A stretch of 64,000 nucleotides of DNA, from positions 868,001-932,000 of the forward strand of contig JAQGDQ010000004.1 of assembly GCA_030141605.1 (NCBI GenBank), given 5' to 3'. The stretch is from Tubiluchus corallicola. Taxonomy: Eukaryota; Animalia; Priapulida. Both the position numbers and the translations under genes were made by a program. Below are positions 51,126 to 63,839 of this stretch, piece after piece (the first letter of the stretch is position 1; each line of letters starts with the position of its first letter). Under the pieces are notes generated by a model that had not been told where the DNA came from, did not search any database, and saw only the letters and a list, made by a program, of their open reading frames with translations.

Positions 51126-52074
51126 GAATAGTGACTGTAGTGTAGTGACGAGAATGCGTGTGATGTAAGTCTCATATAAGCCGTGTAAGCCTTTGTGGGT
51201 GTTTCAGCGCTCTAAAAGTTTTGAGACACTTACTGGAACATCTACGGAGATACAGAGATACAAAATTTAAAGCCAGTCAATTGATTCTGTACTTTCTGGT
51301 TCTCCACTTTTAGTAGTAATGTGTATGTTCATAAAATTAACAAAGCAGAAAACTATATATTTAGTTTGCATTTAACAATAGTGCATCACAAAAGCAGTAA
51401 GCGGCAGCGCCTCCAAATAACATGGTGTTGAAATAAGATAAGAAAACGGTTGTAGACTTTGTAACCTTACTGTGTACAGTATTTACAACCCCAGAGACTG
51501 TCGTGCAGAGACTGTGCAACATAGCAGTTGGCTATATACTAGACGGCACAGTATTTCAACTGAAAAAGATAGCTAGAGGAATTTTTTACGTAGATACATT
51601 CAAATTGCACGTGAACAATGTTTTCATAATGATCCAAGTAGTTAGTATAGTTGAATTTAAGTAAGTAAATTACACACTAGAATTGCACGTTATAATATAC
51701 CTTTAAATAAATAGAATAAATTACGATAAAAATTAAACGTTCGAAAATTTTTCAGTTACATCAGGCAAATTATGCACTAAGAAGTGCACGTTATTAGATA
51801 CAATTACAATGTAAGTTACAATTAAAACTAATAGTTACAGAAACTAATTTAAACCTCGACGTATTAAAACACATAAAGTTACACTCTAAAGAGTGTTATA
51901 TGTAACTACATTTAAACAAATTAAACTGTCTGTTACATTAAAAATACACTATCGGCACAAAAATTATAAATCGGACCCGTCAAATATAGTGGACTACATG
52001 TTTCAGAAAATTGTAAAATTGCTCGAAACCGTGTCTTTTACATATAAGCGTTTGTAAGTAAACCGTTTTTAAAC

Positions 52075-52496
52075 CATGATAAAAATGACAGGGAAAAACG
52101 GCACAGGTAGAAATAGCACAGGAAAAAATGACACAAATGGGAATGAAACAGTAGGTAAAATGGCACAAATGGAAAAGTAGGAAAATGACACGTATTTTAT
52201 TTTGAAGCAAGTGATTTCTATAGTAAAACTAGAATGTGCTCAGCAGGAAGCAGATCTCTGCCAAAGCCGAACTTATTCGTCTGATTCTTTTGATGAAAAA
52301 GATTTAACAAAAAGATAAACATGCAAACATACAAAAATGTACCTGCATTGTTATTATATAGACTAACAGTAGACTCTCAAAATATTTGTTCATTAAATAG
52401 ATTTATAATCAATAATGCACATAGTTCCACATAGTGCTTATCTACCTTTTTAATCATCAATTTTGGCGATGGTAATAGACTGACAAATTTACGTAT
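52075..52496 (-). repeat. ~420 bp repeat, right arm of an inverted pair
   Basis: e.g. tttgtcagtctattaccat and ttattgattataaatctatttaatgaacaaatatttt are shared in opposite orientation. Confidence 0.9.
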
Positions 52497-52565
52497 GACA
52501 CGAGTTTACAAGAGAATTTTTCGAATAGGAACTGGAACCAACTCGTACTTGTTTGTCCACGTGGA

Positions 52566-52845
52566 AATAACAAAAAAGAAGTACTAAACACTCCCACTGC
52601 GACATCCACGAAACGCTTCGCCAATGTTTTTTTGTACGTGGTGTTCGGTCAAGTACTGTGAAAAAAGAACCGGCGAAAAGATTCCCATTTTGCATCCTAC
52701 ACCAGCCTTTCTTCACAAAGTTTCTTGGAAATCTGTTAGACAGTTTTTGCGTAATGGCCTTACTGCCATAACAGAAAAAAATAACCAAACTAGCAGACAA
52801 ACCAACAAACTGTGTTGAAGCATAACTTCCTTGGTAGAGGTAAAA
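52566..52845 (+). mobile_element. Helentron/Helitron-associated non-autonomous element-like remnant
   Basis: GGAAATC..AGTTTTTGCGTAAT, an (ACAA/ACCA)n tract and terminal CATAACTTCCTTGGTAGAGGTAA resemble, from memory, such elements in animal genomes. Confidence 0.45.
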
Positions 52846-53589
52846 ATAACTTAAAATAATGATCCCCTACTGTAACTCTAACCCTAAACACATATTTTAC
52901 TAAGTGTGCCATTTTTACAGTGTCATTTTTTTCTGTGCCACCGTACCATTTTTACCTACACTCACACTAAACACATGCATGCGCGCACACAATGACTGAC
53001 TATTTGACTCACTGACTAACTATGTAACTAACTATGATTTAGTTAGTTAGTTTGTTGGTTTGTTAGTAAGCTAGTTAATTAGTTAGCTAGTTAAACTAGT
53101 CAGTTAGTTTTGGCTGGTTTGGCTGTACGACAGTTTGGCGGTTTAGCACGTTTAGTACAGTGATGAGAGGGCATGTGAAGCTTTTAGAAAAAGTCCTTGT
53201 GAGGGTCCTGTAAGCCGTTGTGGGTGTTCCACGTGGCATATTAGGACGTTAGAAGTTTTCCAACACTTCGTGATTCTCTCGTGATGATCAATCGATGATT
53301 ATCTATCTGTATATGTTGATAATTGTTAGATCCGCTTGTTGAAATCTAACAAATGTTTCAGAAACTGTGTATTGTAGCAGTAGCAAATCCGCTGTCCTTT
53401 TAATTTTTTTTCATGGGAGCTCATCGCGATTCACAACTTTGCTACATAATACATAATTATATCAGCCATTGTACACAATAGTATTACATGTACACAAAAT
53501 TTAAGTTCATAATATACAACCAATTCAGTCGTTTTCAATTTAAACACAGCTCAACAAATGTTTATGATAAATAACATAAGGCCATTAGT

Positions 53590-54376
53590 TGTCTGTATCA
53601 TCCCATGTGATACGTTGCGGTCACCTTCGTGTGCCTTATGGGCGGTTCCTTTCAGCAAATAATTATCAATAACGAAAGAGTGGCAAGCCCATGCTAAACG
53701 TATGCATTAACTGCGCCCCTCTTGAAAGTTCTTTGTGCGCCCTCGGCCAAACCCGCCACGGTAGCAACATCTAGCGCTAGTGAACGCAAGGAAAATCGTA
53801 TAACCTTATTTTAAATTTACTGATGCGATTCAAAAATCACACCCTATATATTACGTTGTGGCGTTTTCACCATACAGTCCTTGGCCACGTAACTGCAACA
53901 GTGCGCTAAAGTCCGTATAGTCAGAATAATTATACATGTAATAACGGTTTTCCACAAAGAAGACTGATGATCGCGTTAGCTAATTTATGCGTGATGCCAT
54001 CACCTAAAAGCATGTTTGATCAGTCAAAAGACGACAGTACTGGACAGATATTTAGACCATGTGATCATTCGGGTATGCGTAGTTACATGTAAACCGGCTA
54101 ACCTTGTACCAGTCGCAACAGAAATGCCATGGCAATTTTTATTATCAGTTAGGCTTTACTCTTTTACTGCTGCAAAACATTATAAAGTCTACTTGCTCGC
54201 AGATCGACCATTTTTAGGAGAGCTTGGTATCTATAGAAAATAATGACGTCGAAATGGTGGAAGCATTCTTTTTATGTAGTTCATAAGGTGATTATTGTAA
54301 TAGCCAATCCTTACGTGCGCTCATGGCAAAGCAAATTTTGAAGCTACAGACGATTTACAATCTTTGTAGAACTGCA
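53590..54376 (+). promoter_or_regulatory. CpG-enriched putative promoter region of the NAT16-like gene
   Basis: Visibly higher CpG density than the introns; CRE-like TGACGTC at ~54244, CCAAT at ~54304, palindrome TGCCATGGCA at ~54125. Confidence 0.35.
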
Positions 54377-57300
54377 ATGTCTAATCGCGATACTCGCAGT
54401 TTCAGGTAAATCTCTAAAAATCACGATTACTATAATGCATTGTGTATGGACGAATCTGATATCATTGAAAAGACCTAATTCACTTATTGGACATCTTAAA
54501 CTGTAACTGTATACGAGTATGTTTTATGAGATACTTTGAAGTTTAACTAACCACAGTTGATCTCCTACACAATGGTCATTTTCAGAAGATTGTTTAAGTT
54601 TAGGTTTTAGCTGGGCTTGTTGCTGCTATACGTTCAGATTGTGATTTATTGTTTACAGTAACAATAATAACATTATCAACTGTGTAACTTCAGTTAATAA
54701 AAAGTAGGAATCATGGTTAAAGATTTTAGCTAATATTGTATTTTAGCCGGACACTACTAAACCGACCTGAGCCAACAGACTAGAACACATTCAAATAACT
54801 GATATTCTTGGATAATTGAACCGTATCCATAATTATGAACTCCCTAGTCATACATGAGACATAAGGCATGTTTATTAATCATACATGTATATACCACTTT
54901 GAGGTATATACATTAATCATTGCAATAACTCTATTTTGCAGTAAATGCAGATTTCCACTGCTGCATTTCAAAATGCCATGTCTCATAAAGCTAGTAAATT
55001 GTGATTAAACGGTAAATAAACAGCGGGAACATGAGATACAGGATTGGATAACTGAGTATTATGATTTATATGTGGAAAATAGAGCTTGTCTTTTGCAGGA
55101 CAAGACGGGCTACACCTGACGATTGGCAAGCTGTATATGACATGGACAGGAATGTCTACAATGGCAAAGATCATTTGTCCTGTCAAGCAACCTTCCGGCA
55201 TATGATGAGTCGTCCTTACAACGTACCCTACCTTGTTACTACAGATGATGGTCAAATAGTATGCAGATACATTTTACGCTTTCACATTTCCTTTGTTACA
55301 TTTAAATAATGAATTGGTAAATTTATACTCACTTATCTCAGGTGAGGACAGTATCAAGCTAAAGCATACAATAACAGAATTCTAAAAAATGGAACAAATG
55401 GTTCATGCCTGCTTGCAGTTGCATATACTGAACATCAGTGAAAGGAAAATTTAAAGGATGGGCAAAAACAGATTTTGAGCATTAATTGCTGTAAAACTTT
55501 TGCTATATATCAGCCGGAGTGAGTACTGAATCGCTGCTTATTGCCTCGTTCAAGAAAAGATTGTTCTACTGTTTACTTTACTGGCCTTGAATGAAAGTTT
55601 AAAAAGGAAACTTCCCTTTCCTGTTTGTGACAAGAAACAATAATATAACTAACAAATGTACTCCCCAAACATTACCTAAAAGATCTCTAGCAACCCATCA
55701 TTATTTCTTTCATAATTGTACCCCAAATACATGTTACACATCTTTACCGCACGAAAAACATTATAAGATCTAGAGCTCATTAATACTATGTGCAGCCGGT
55801 GTTGCTAGACAGTGCTGATTTTTTGCTTAGGTATCATTTATGATGGTGAGTATCATCGACAATGAACGTTCCTTGCATGGACGATTTGGAAGAACTCATT
55901 ACAACTTTCGTGGAAAGAACTTTGTAGGACATGCAGTTCCGCCAATGTACAAAGAAGCGCTGTCTAAATTCAGCCATAAAGATGCAGTTGAATTTGTGTG
56001 GCCTAGACTAACAGAAGGAAGAACTTTGCCACCTGCACATTTTATTGGTAGTACAATAATTGCAATTAAGGTAACCAATTTTTGATTTTTCAACTTAGGC
56101 AACTGATTGTATAATTCGCAAGTATGAAGTAAAGATTTTGGCTTTGAATCTTTGAATTTATCCAATACAATTAAGAGACAAATGCTAGGGGCAGCCAGCA
56201 GTCTAAGTAGGCATGGTAATGATATTCTATTCCTACCTTTTCATTATCCATGTGCATATCAACTGGATACTGGTAGTGAGAAATGGGGTAAAGCTATTCA
56301 ATTTAAGGTCCTCTGATATGAATACAGTGGTGAATGATTAATCATATCAGAGGTCAAAGTCACAACATAGTGTTCACAACTATTATGTTGTTATTGTGGT
56401 CTATCACCAAGGCTTGCAAAACTATTCATCTTCTGGTTTTCAATACCTACCATAAATGGGGGAGAGGTTGAGGCTATTACTAAGGGTGATAATAATATGA
56501 CTATCACTAGCAGACCTGGTGGGTTTGTTTATATAGAGGCCTAGAGCTGCTAAAATCATGGAGATCTAAGGTCAAACAGTCATAGTAAACTTGGGAATTT
56601 GGACGCCTCTTCACTGAAGGCTGTTCTCTCTACATGCTGCTGTCGAGCAATAAAGTACACTTGCATGACTTGTACAACAGCTTGATAGCTCCGTAAAGGC
56701 AAGAGTAGCTGTGAGAAAATAGAAAAGAAAAATTATTGCTGTTATGGCGATCTATAACTTTAAGTATATTAGAATAAAATATAAAGTTGTGGCAATAGTA
56801 TATCTTTTGTTTATTAGCTACGACTGTTGCCATGTATGTTTTTGCATTATTTCAGCCAAGAGCATCTTATGGTTTTATTTCATCTGACAATTTGGTGCCA
56901 CAGATTGCATCTTACGCAAGAACTCATGAAAAAGAACTACAACGAGCCATCAGCGTTCTAACTGACGAACAAAAACGTTGTGTGCTGTCAAGTGCTGAAA
57001 TAAGCCGACGACTGTTTCATGAAGATCGTGTAACCATTGACCTCATGACCTATAAAACGATTCCAGAAAACTATGACATTATCATGGAAAATGAAAATCC
57101 TCACATGCTAGCTGAACTCGACAGTCAAGGAAAATATCTTTCTGTAAGTTTTGGTACAAAGTATGATTTGTATGACTCTTTAAAAATGCGATACAAAATA
57201 GACATTTATGCTAAAACTGTACACGAAGCATCAAATCATCTTTTTCGACAAATCGGTCATGCTGTGACTACAAATCCTAGAAGAAGCATTTCTTTTATAG

Positions 57301-57470
57301 TATGTATCGATGACGTATTTACAGAAGTTACAAAAAAGCAAGTATTTTTAGTGACTAAGGAGCTTGGTTTGATTGAGACACCATATCAAGGTAAGATTGC
57401 ACCCTATCAAATTGTTGGGAAATTTGCTGTACATGATATAAAGAGACATAAAATGGGATCCATGTTGTAA
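54377..57470 (+). CDS. GNAT acetyltransferase, NAT16/histidine N-acetyltransferase-like; exons 54377-54405, 55099-55258, 55831-56070, 56856-57470 (347 aa)
   Basis: Phases are consistent (2,0,0), giving 1044 nt. N-terminal RRATPDDWQAVYDMDRNVYNGKDHL and SIIDNERSLHGRFGRTHYNFRGK resemble the NAT16/HISAT N-terminal GNAT motifs (IY.GLDYL; ID.G.T....LRV...RG.G). Confidence 0.72.
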
Positions 57471-58357
57471 TTAGGAGGTTTGAATATTTCTTTTATTTAA
57501 ATAAAATCTTGTACTTATTTTAAGATAATGAATGTAACATATAATATTAATGAAATAAACATGTGATGTAACAACTACATAAATGATGACAGTTCTAAAA
57601 TAATAATGTAATTATGTTCGATATGTTATGTATGTGATGAAACTTTAGTATACAATGCAATATAATAATATATATAATTTTTTATTGCTTATCATTATAC
57701 ATTTTGTATGATGGAAAATGGTGCTGATTGGAAGCCCCATCCAATTCCATTTCTTAATCAGTGGAAAAATGCAAGCTGGATTTTCTACTTTTTACTATCC
57801 AGTGTTAAATGCAAAGCAAGTAAAAGCTCAAATAGTAAAAAATCTCTTATGCCATTAACAAACTAGTAGTAAAATAATAACACTGAAATTTAATTTAACA
57901 GCCTAATGCTATTTTAATTTTAATGCTGAATGAAAAACAGTCATCATGAACATAGAAGTCGAATTTAATAATCTGTATATATATATATATATATACGTGT
58001 GCACAACACATAAACCAGATATCACTAAACTGTATTGTAACAGATCAGTTTTATTTTCCCTTTCAAAATTATCAATTTTTGTTGCAAATCTTACACAGCA
58101 ACTGCAGCGTCAGTGGTGGCAAAAAACTAAATAGTTATTAAGTCAGCTACTAAATCAGTTACTAAACTAACTAGTTATTGCAGTCATGTTTTGTTAAAAA
58201 CAGTATACTTAAAATATTAAATGATTGCTGTGGAGGTCATATTAGTTGATTTCTCTATATATATGCATTACACTAGTTCCTTAGGTCTCTGCAAAATCCA
58301 AAACTAAATGTCTCAAAGGTAACTGTTACGTGTAACGGTGGTATGAAATTTTAGATG

Positions 58358-61300
58358 TTAGATGTCACCTTCGTTTTCTAGTTTGCTTTCTATCCAGTCA
58401 ATAAAAAGTGATACTTTAGTGTAGATAAATGGTTTATCATATTGATTACATGTGGTGCCTCTAGAAACTATACCACCCAAATGCCAATTTCCTCCATAGT
58501 GTTGCATTAATGGACCTCCTTCATCGCCCTGAAAAAGAAAATTCTAGAATATTATTTTCCAGCTATACTTAATACTGTAGAAAGAAAGTGTGATCTTGGT
58601 GATTTTTCGGCTACCTAGGTGCCATACAGATGGTCCAGTTAGCTTTGCTCTCCAGCAAAGTACAACAGTCGCTGAATGCCAGTCGCTTTTGCGCAGTAGC
58701 TTTGTCATGCAAGCTGAATACCTTTCACTTGTGACAGTAAAATGATATGATAAGTAGTTGTCATTCAGGAGTGACAAAAACCGAAAGTGTATATTATAAT
58801 GTAAAAATGGACAGAAACAAAAGTACATGCTAACTTTTTATAGCAGTACTAGATAGTTATGTGATCAAGCAGAAATTTATTACTGAGTGACTGGACTATT
58901 ACTCTCAAGTAATATCCCGGAAATGTGCAACCACATGAAACTGATCAGAAAATAGCAATTCAGCAACTATAATGTAAAGTGAACAGTGGTATCTTGAAAT
59001 AGAGGTTAGAGGTTTAGGGATTAATTCTTGAAAATGCATAGAAGCCTGTTTGCAGGCAATTGTGAGAAAGAAAAAATAATTTGTAGTCATACAGTTTAAA
59101 TTTTAAGAAACCTTATGCTGACTTTAAGTGATTAAAATTAACAATGAAAGAAATAGCTAACTAGGTCATCCTCAACGTAGAGCCACAATTTTTTCTAAAT
59201 TGTCCAAAACTCAGTAGTTCAAAACTCAGTAGCAAAACACTGTGACTTACACTTATACATCTTTAAAGCTAGATAGCATGTTTCATACGGTTGAATAAAT
59301 CACTGATACTAAAGAGTGTTGAACCGTGCAATTAATGGAGAAGACAAAAATTATCCAAAAGGATTTGATTTTAAAACGTAATACAGTAACCTTTTAAATG
59401 AAATACTGTGGCCTCAGTAATTCGCTGAATTACTACAAAATAAATGCTTAGTTTAACCTACATAACATGGTCCATTTGTCCCGTCCTCAGATCCTGCGCA
59501 AAACTGACTAGCTGTAACAGCACCGCTATAAAATTCCGCTTGGTTGCACGTTTGCCGTGTTATCACATTCACTTGAGCTTGCTTCAATACAGCATCAGTA
59601 CCAGTACCTATGAATGCAAGTAAACTACAAATTCAAAAACAACCAACCACGTTTTACTTAAAAATCTCAGTTAAAACAAGAAATTGAAACCTGTCAAACT
59701 TGTTCTTGCTGTATCAATGAATAAAATAAAACACATTAATAATAAAAAATGACATTCCTTAATCAGAAATTGATTCAGCACCAATTTTTTTTGCTTTAGC
59801 ACAGAGTTATACATGCACTTGATACAAGGTTCAAGCACTGAAAATTAATAAGTACTTTTGGAGAAATTACTGGAAATAAAAATAGCTACACAGCACCGAT
59901 TAAACAAGTTTGGTTTCAAAATTCAATAGTTGTGGTTTTATTTCATTTTTAATAATGTTCTTGAAATTAAAATTGTAATAAAATAAGAAAACATACCTTC
60001 GGTTTGTCCCCATCCTACCACATAACTAGTCATTCCTTCAAATAGTTGCTGATCTTGTCTTGGCAAACATATTGGTTTCACATATCTATTGATAGTTGCT
60101 GGGGTAGCGAGTTTTACTAAAGCAATGTCATTATTACGAGTGAATGAATTGTAAAGCTCGTGCAGGTAAAAGATTTGCCCAGAAATCGTTTGCTCAGTAG
60201 CACCTACTAAGTACTGATAATGCTTGCCCAGAATGAACAGAATTGATGTAGGGTTATTACTGTAAAAGAAAATATGATCAATGTTCTATTAAAAAATGTA
60301 AAAATTCAGCAGACATGTTGTCGAAACATGTTAGAACACAAATAAGAAATTAAAATATGTGCACGAACCACATAACATGCTTGTGCCAGACAATTGATAA
60401 CAATAACAATAATTATAATTTAATAAAATGTACAGGCAGCACAGATAAAAAACATTAGCAAAACATAAAAAATGTTATTATTTCAATTACCTAAAAATAA
60501 ATTGAAATAAATAAATGATTGCTTGAGACTGTCTTTAGTTTTGCCATTCACAAACATAATGAAAAAAGATTAATAATTACTGGTTAATAATAATTCCCAT
60601 TAACTGAAAAATAAACAATTATTAACCTTGGGGGGAAAATTGCCTTACTTTTTGGAATTACATAAAAGCATTTCACTGCTCAACTCGCTATTCTTTGCTA
60701 GATAAGCTTACAGTAGCTAATATTAGCAACACGTTAACGTGATTTTGGAAGAACAGGCCATCTGCAATCTCCAAAATATATTATGTACGCACCATAATTA
60801 CAATTTCAAGAGGTGCACTAATAGTAAAATAACGTATAATAAATTAATAACAAAAGAAAAAACTCATTATGATCACTTATCTTTACATAGTGAACTGAAA
60901 CAACGAGTTGAAGCAAAAATATCGAAATGCAGAATGAGCAATCATATCTGACACTATTCTACTAGCACATATGATGCAGTTAACATTATTAGACACATAA
61001 CATTTTAGATACACTTACTGAAACTCCAAACATCGTGCTGAGGTCAAGACATATTGGCGGTGTATTAACACTCCACCGCATAATCGAGTTTGAGTATCAC
61101 GTCTTATGTCAACCATCCACGGCCAACTATTGGCCTTTACACCCTCGCCACCCACAATCCGATTTTTGGGGCTGCCACTTAAAAGATCAGGTAAAATATC
61201 TTGCACACCACATTCTTTATTTACCACTACAAGTAATCAGAATCATGTATTTAGATTACTGCATAGAGAAGAGGGTCTCATTTTCTTAAAACTATAGTTT

Positions 61301-63839
61301 CCATGAAATTTATTTTTAAGTTCTTTGATAGCTTTAATGTTCAGGAATTTTTAATTTGCAATAACTAAAATAATACATTAAGAGCTCATTTTACTACTGG
61401 TCAAATACTAACATAAAGTTCACATTAGAAAAATGTTTGAGATCAGAGAGCAATTTGAACCAGTTTAATGAAAATATTACCAGTCTCATGTCTAGCCAGT
61501 CATAATAGCAAAATTTAATGTGAATTGACTGTCAGTTGGTAAAAACATGGCATTTTAAATACGAAATTCGATATGTTAATGTTTGAAACAGCATTCAAGA
61601 AACTGCCAAGAACCATTCTCAACAACAGCAATAAGCTAAATTGACCAGACTCTTGTGACACCCTACAGAAGTGCGATCTGAACTGCAAAAGGGGAAAGCA
61701 GTAGAAGTACACTATTGATAATATAGGGAGATCCATCACTGGGGAAAATAAAGGCTGAAGACCGTCTTCATTCTTTCTTCAGAAACTGAGTGTTGTAATA
61801 CATAATATAGGGAGATCCATCACTGGGAAAATGAAGGCTGAAGACAGTCTTCATTCTTTCTTCAGAAACTGAGTGTTGTAATACTTCAGCCGATTTCACA
61901 AAACAAAACAATCTCGCATCTCAAGATAGGGCCAATGAAAACAGTCAAGAGTATTGACTTTTTTAAACAGTTTAGTGCACTGCAGTACCTAGGGCTCAAT
62001 AAAATGGCCTACTTATTATATTGAAAGTTATGGTAGAATGAGAACCAAGCTCTGCATCAAAGATAATTCTCTGAGATGAGACACTGAATGTGACCTCCAG
62101 CAATGAAGATGGGCCGAGGCATGGCACTGTTAATAATCATCATAGTTAACTTTCAAAAGGTCTTACCACACCAGTCTTCATCACTGCCATCTTCACAGTT
62201 TGATTCTCCATTACAGTATAAATCTTGTCGAATGCAACCTTCAGTCAAACAAGGAAAAGCTTCTGGTGCACAGTAGTATGGATCCTCAGTAGGTGCTGCA
62301 AAATTTTACATTTTTTTGAATGTTTGAATAAAAACACAAAATTTTAAACAATAAAAATCTCATCAATAGTTAAGCCCCTTAAAGATTATATCAGGTGACG
62401 TAAAAAATGTGCCGAAGACCTGATTACGATATCATAAGAAGAAAATAACAGAACCTTTTGAAATTTACTACATTGATGTTAATACTTTTGTGTATAAACA
62501 CCAAAAATTTTAGGTCGCTCCATTAGATTTGTCCAAAGGTACAGAAGTTTTTAATCGACAATTAAAAAAAATAGATAATGCAAAAAATTTTGTATCACCA
62601 TTGTTAAAAATTGCAGTAGGTGCTCTATGGGTCTACCAATTTCACTGCAAACTAGGTGAAGGAGTCCTTTCCAACAGGTGACATAGTTTCTCACTTCTTT
62701 AAAAGACATTAGATGCCAGGACTCAACAACTTTTGCTCTTAGTTCCTTTGCAAATTTCCATCAAACGTCTCTGTGCCATTGTGTAATTTTTCTTTAAAAG
62801 AATTCCAAATACCATAATCCAGAAAATTAAGTCTCATATTTTTCTTTGCAACAAATCTTTATATGCGCTTTATCTTCTATGATGAAGACAATGGCGTAAC
62901 CTCATTGATTTGTTATGGCTTTGCTGCCATGTACTGAATGCTTTGTACATCAATGCAACTAATGATTATAGGTGACATTATTCGAGCATTTAATTTTTTA
63001 ACATAGCAAAACGTTAATGTGGGGCTCTCACTTCCAATATTATTGTAGTCAAAACTTCAGCACATTTTTTCTGCACCACCCCATATATGCAAGATAAAAT
63101 ATTATCACATGCTGACACCACTAAAAACCAACCTATAAGAAAAAAGTAGGCAGGTATTAAATATTAGCACTAACAGTTTTCATTTAAAAAGTGCCAAATC
63201 GGTAGTGTGTTTTACTACAAGCTAAAAAATGCTCGGCTTTGTTTACGTAATTAACCGTCAGTAAAGAAGCATATCTAACATAAAATCAAATGCCAGCAGT
63301 CACAGTAATATAGCTCGACAAGTTTAATGATATTAGTGCCAGCAACACACAGCTGACCATAATCAAAGCTTTTAATTAACTTTTTGACTTTATGACATTC
63401 ATTAGGATTGTTTGTGTTAGCTTCAGCCACATTCTTTGCTGATGTGTGTGTTAAAAATTGCACCTTACTACGTTTAACTTAATACAGTTACAAGTTGATT
63501 ATTAAAACAACAACGTTTTACTGAATGTAGAGATTCAACAAATATGTGGGAACTACAATCAACCAAAAGTTTTGTTTATAATAAGCAATAATTTTACTTG
63601 CCTACTCTATCAACAAATCTCCAGTTTAGGATAAAACCACCTCGTGATATGCTCTGATCCGAGACAAAATTAAGAAACATATCAGTACTAGAAGAGGTGA
63701 TAGGAGGTGGTATGATCGTGCCACAGATTCTCCGGAGCATTGGTGCATTTCTGTCACCACCATCATGTATTGACAACCAGTCATAATTACATGAAAGTTG
63801 ATATTCAATATCCAATGATGCAAAACTGACTTCAACTGA
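58358..63839 (-). CDS. CUB-LDLa-trypsin-like serine protease homolog (catalytically dead), 5'-partial; exons 63839-63602, 62295-62167, 61226-61019, 60259-59997, 59607-59462, 58528-58358
   Basis: CUB (CNYDWLSIHDG...ICG...FVSDQSISRGGF), LDLa (CAPEAFPCLTEGCIRQDLYCNGESNCEDGSDEDWC), R|IVGG, WPW, CGGVLI, TSARC, NDIALVKL, PICLP, GWG, FCAG, CYGDEGGPL, YTKVSLFIDWI; phases consistent. Confidence 0.9.
61718..61884. repeat. Tandem duplication 2 x ~84 bp in the protease-homolog intron
   Basis: 61718-61801 and 61802-61884 differ by one indel and two substitutions; each contains the palindrome TGAAGAC-N-GTCTTCA. Confidence 0.93.

Noticed and set aside
61756-61795. Hammerhead-like CTGAAGA...GAAAC in the 84-bp repeat
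   Set aside because: Stem II cannot close between the CUGANGA and GAAA boxes, and stems I/III are not evident.
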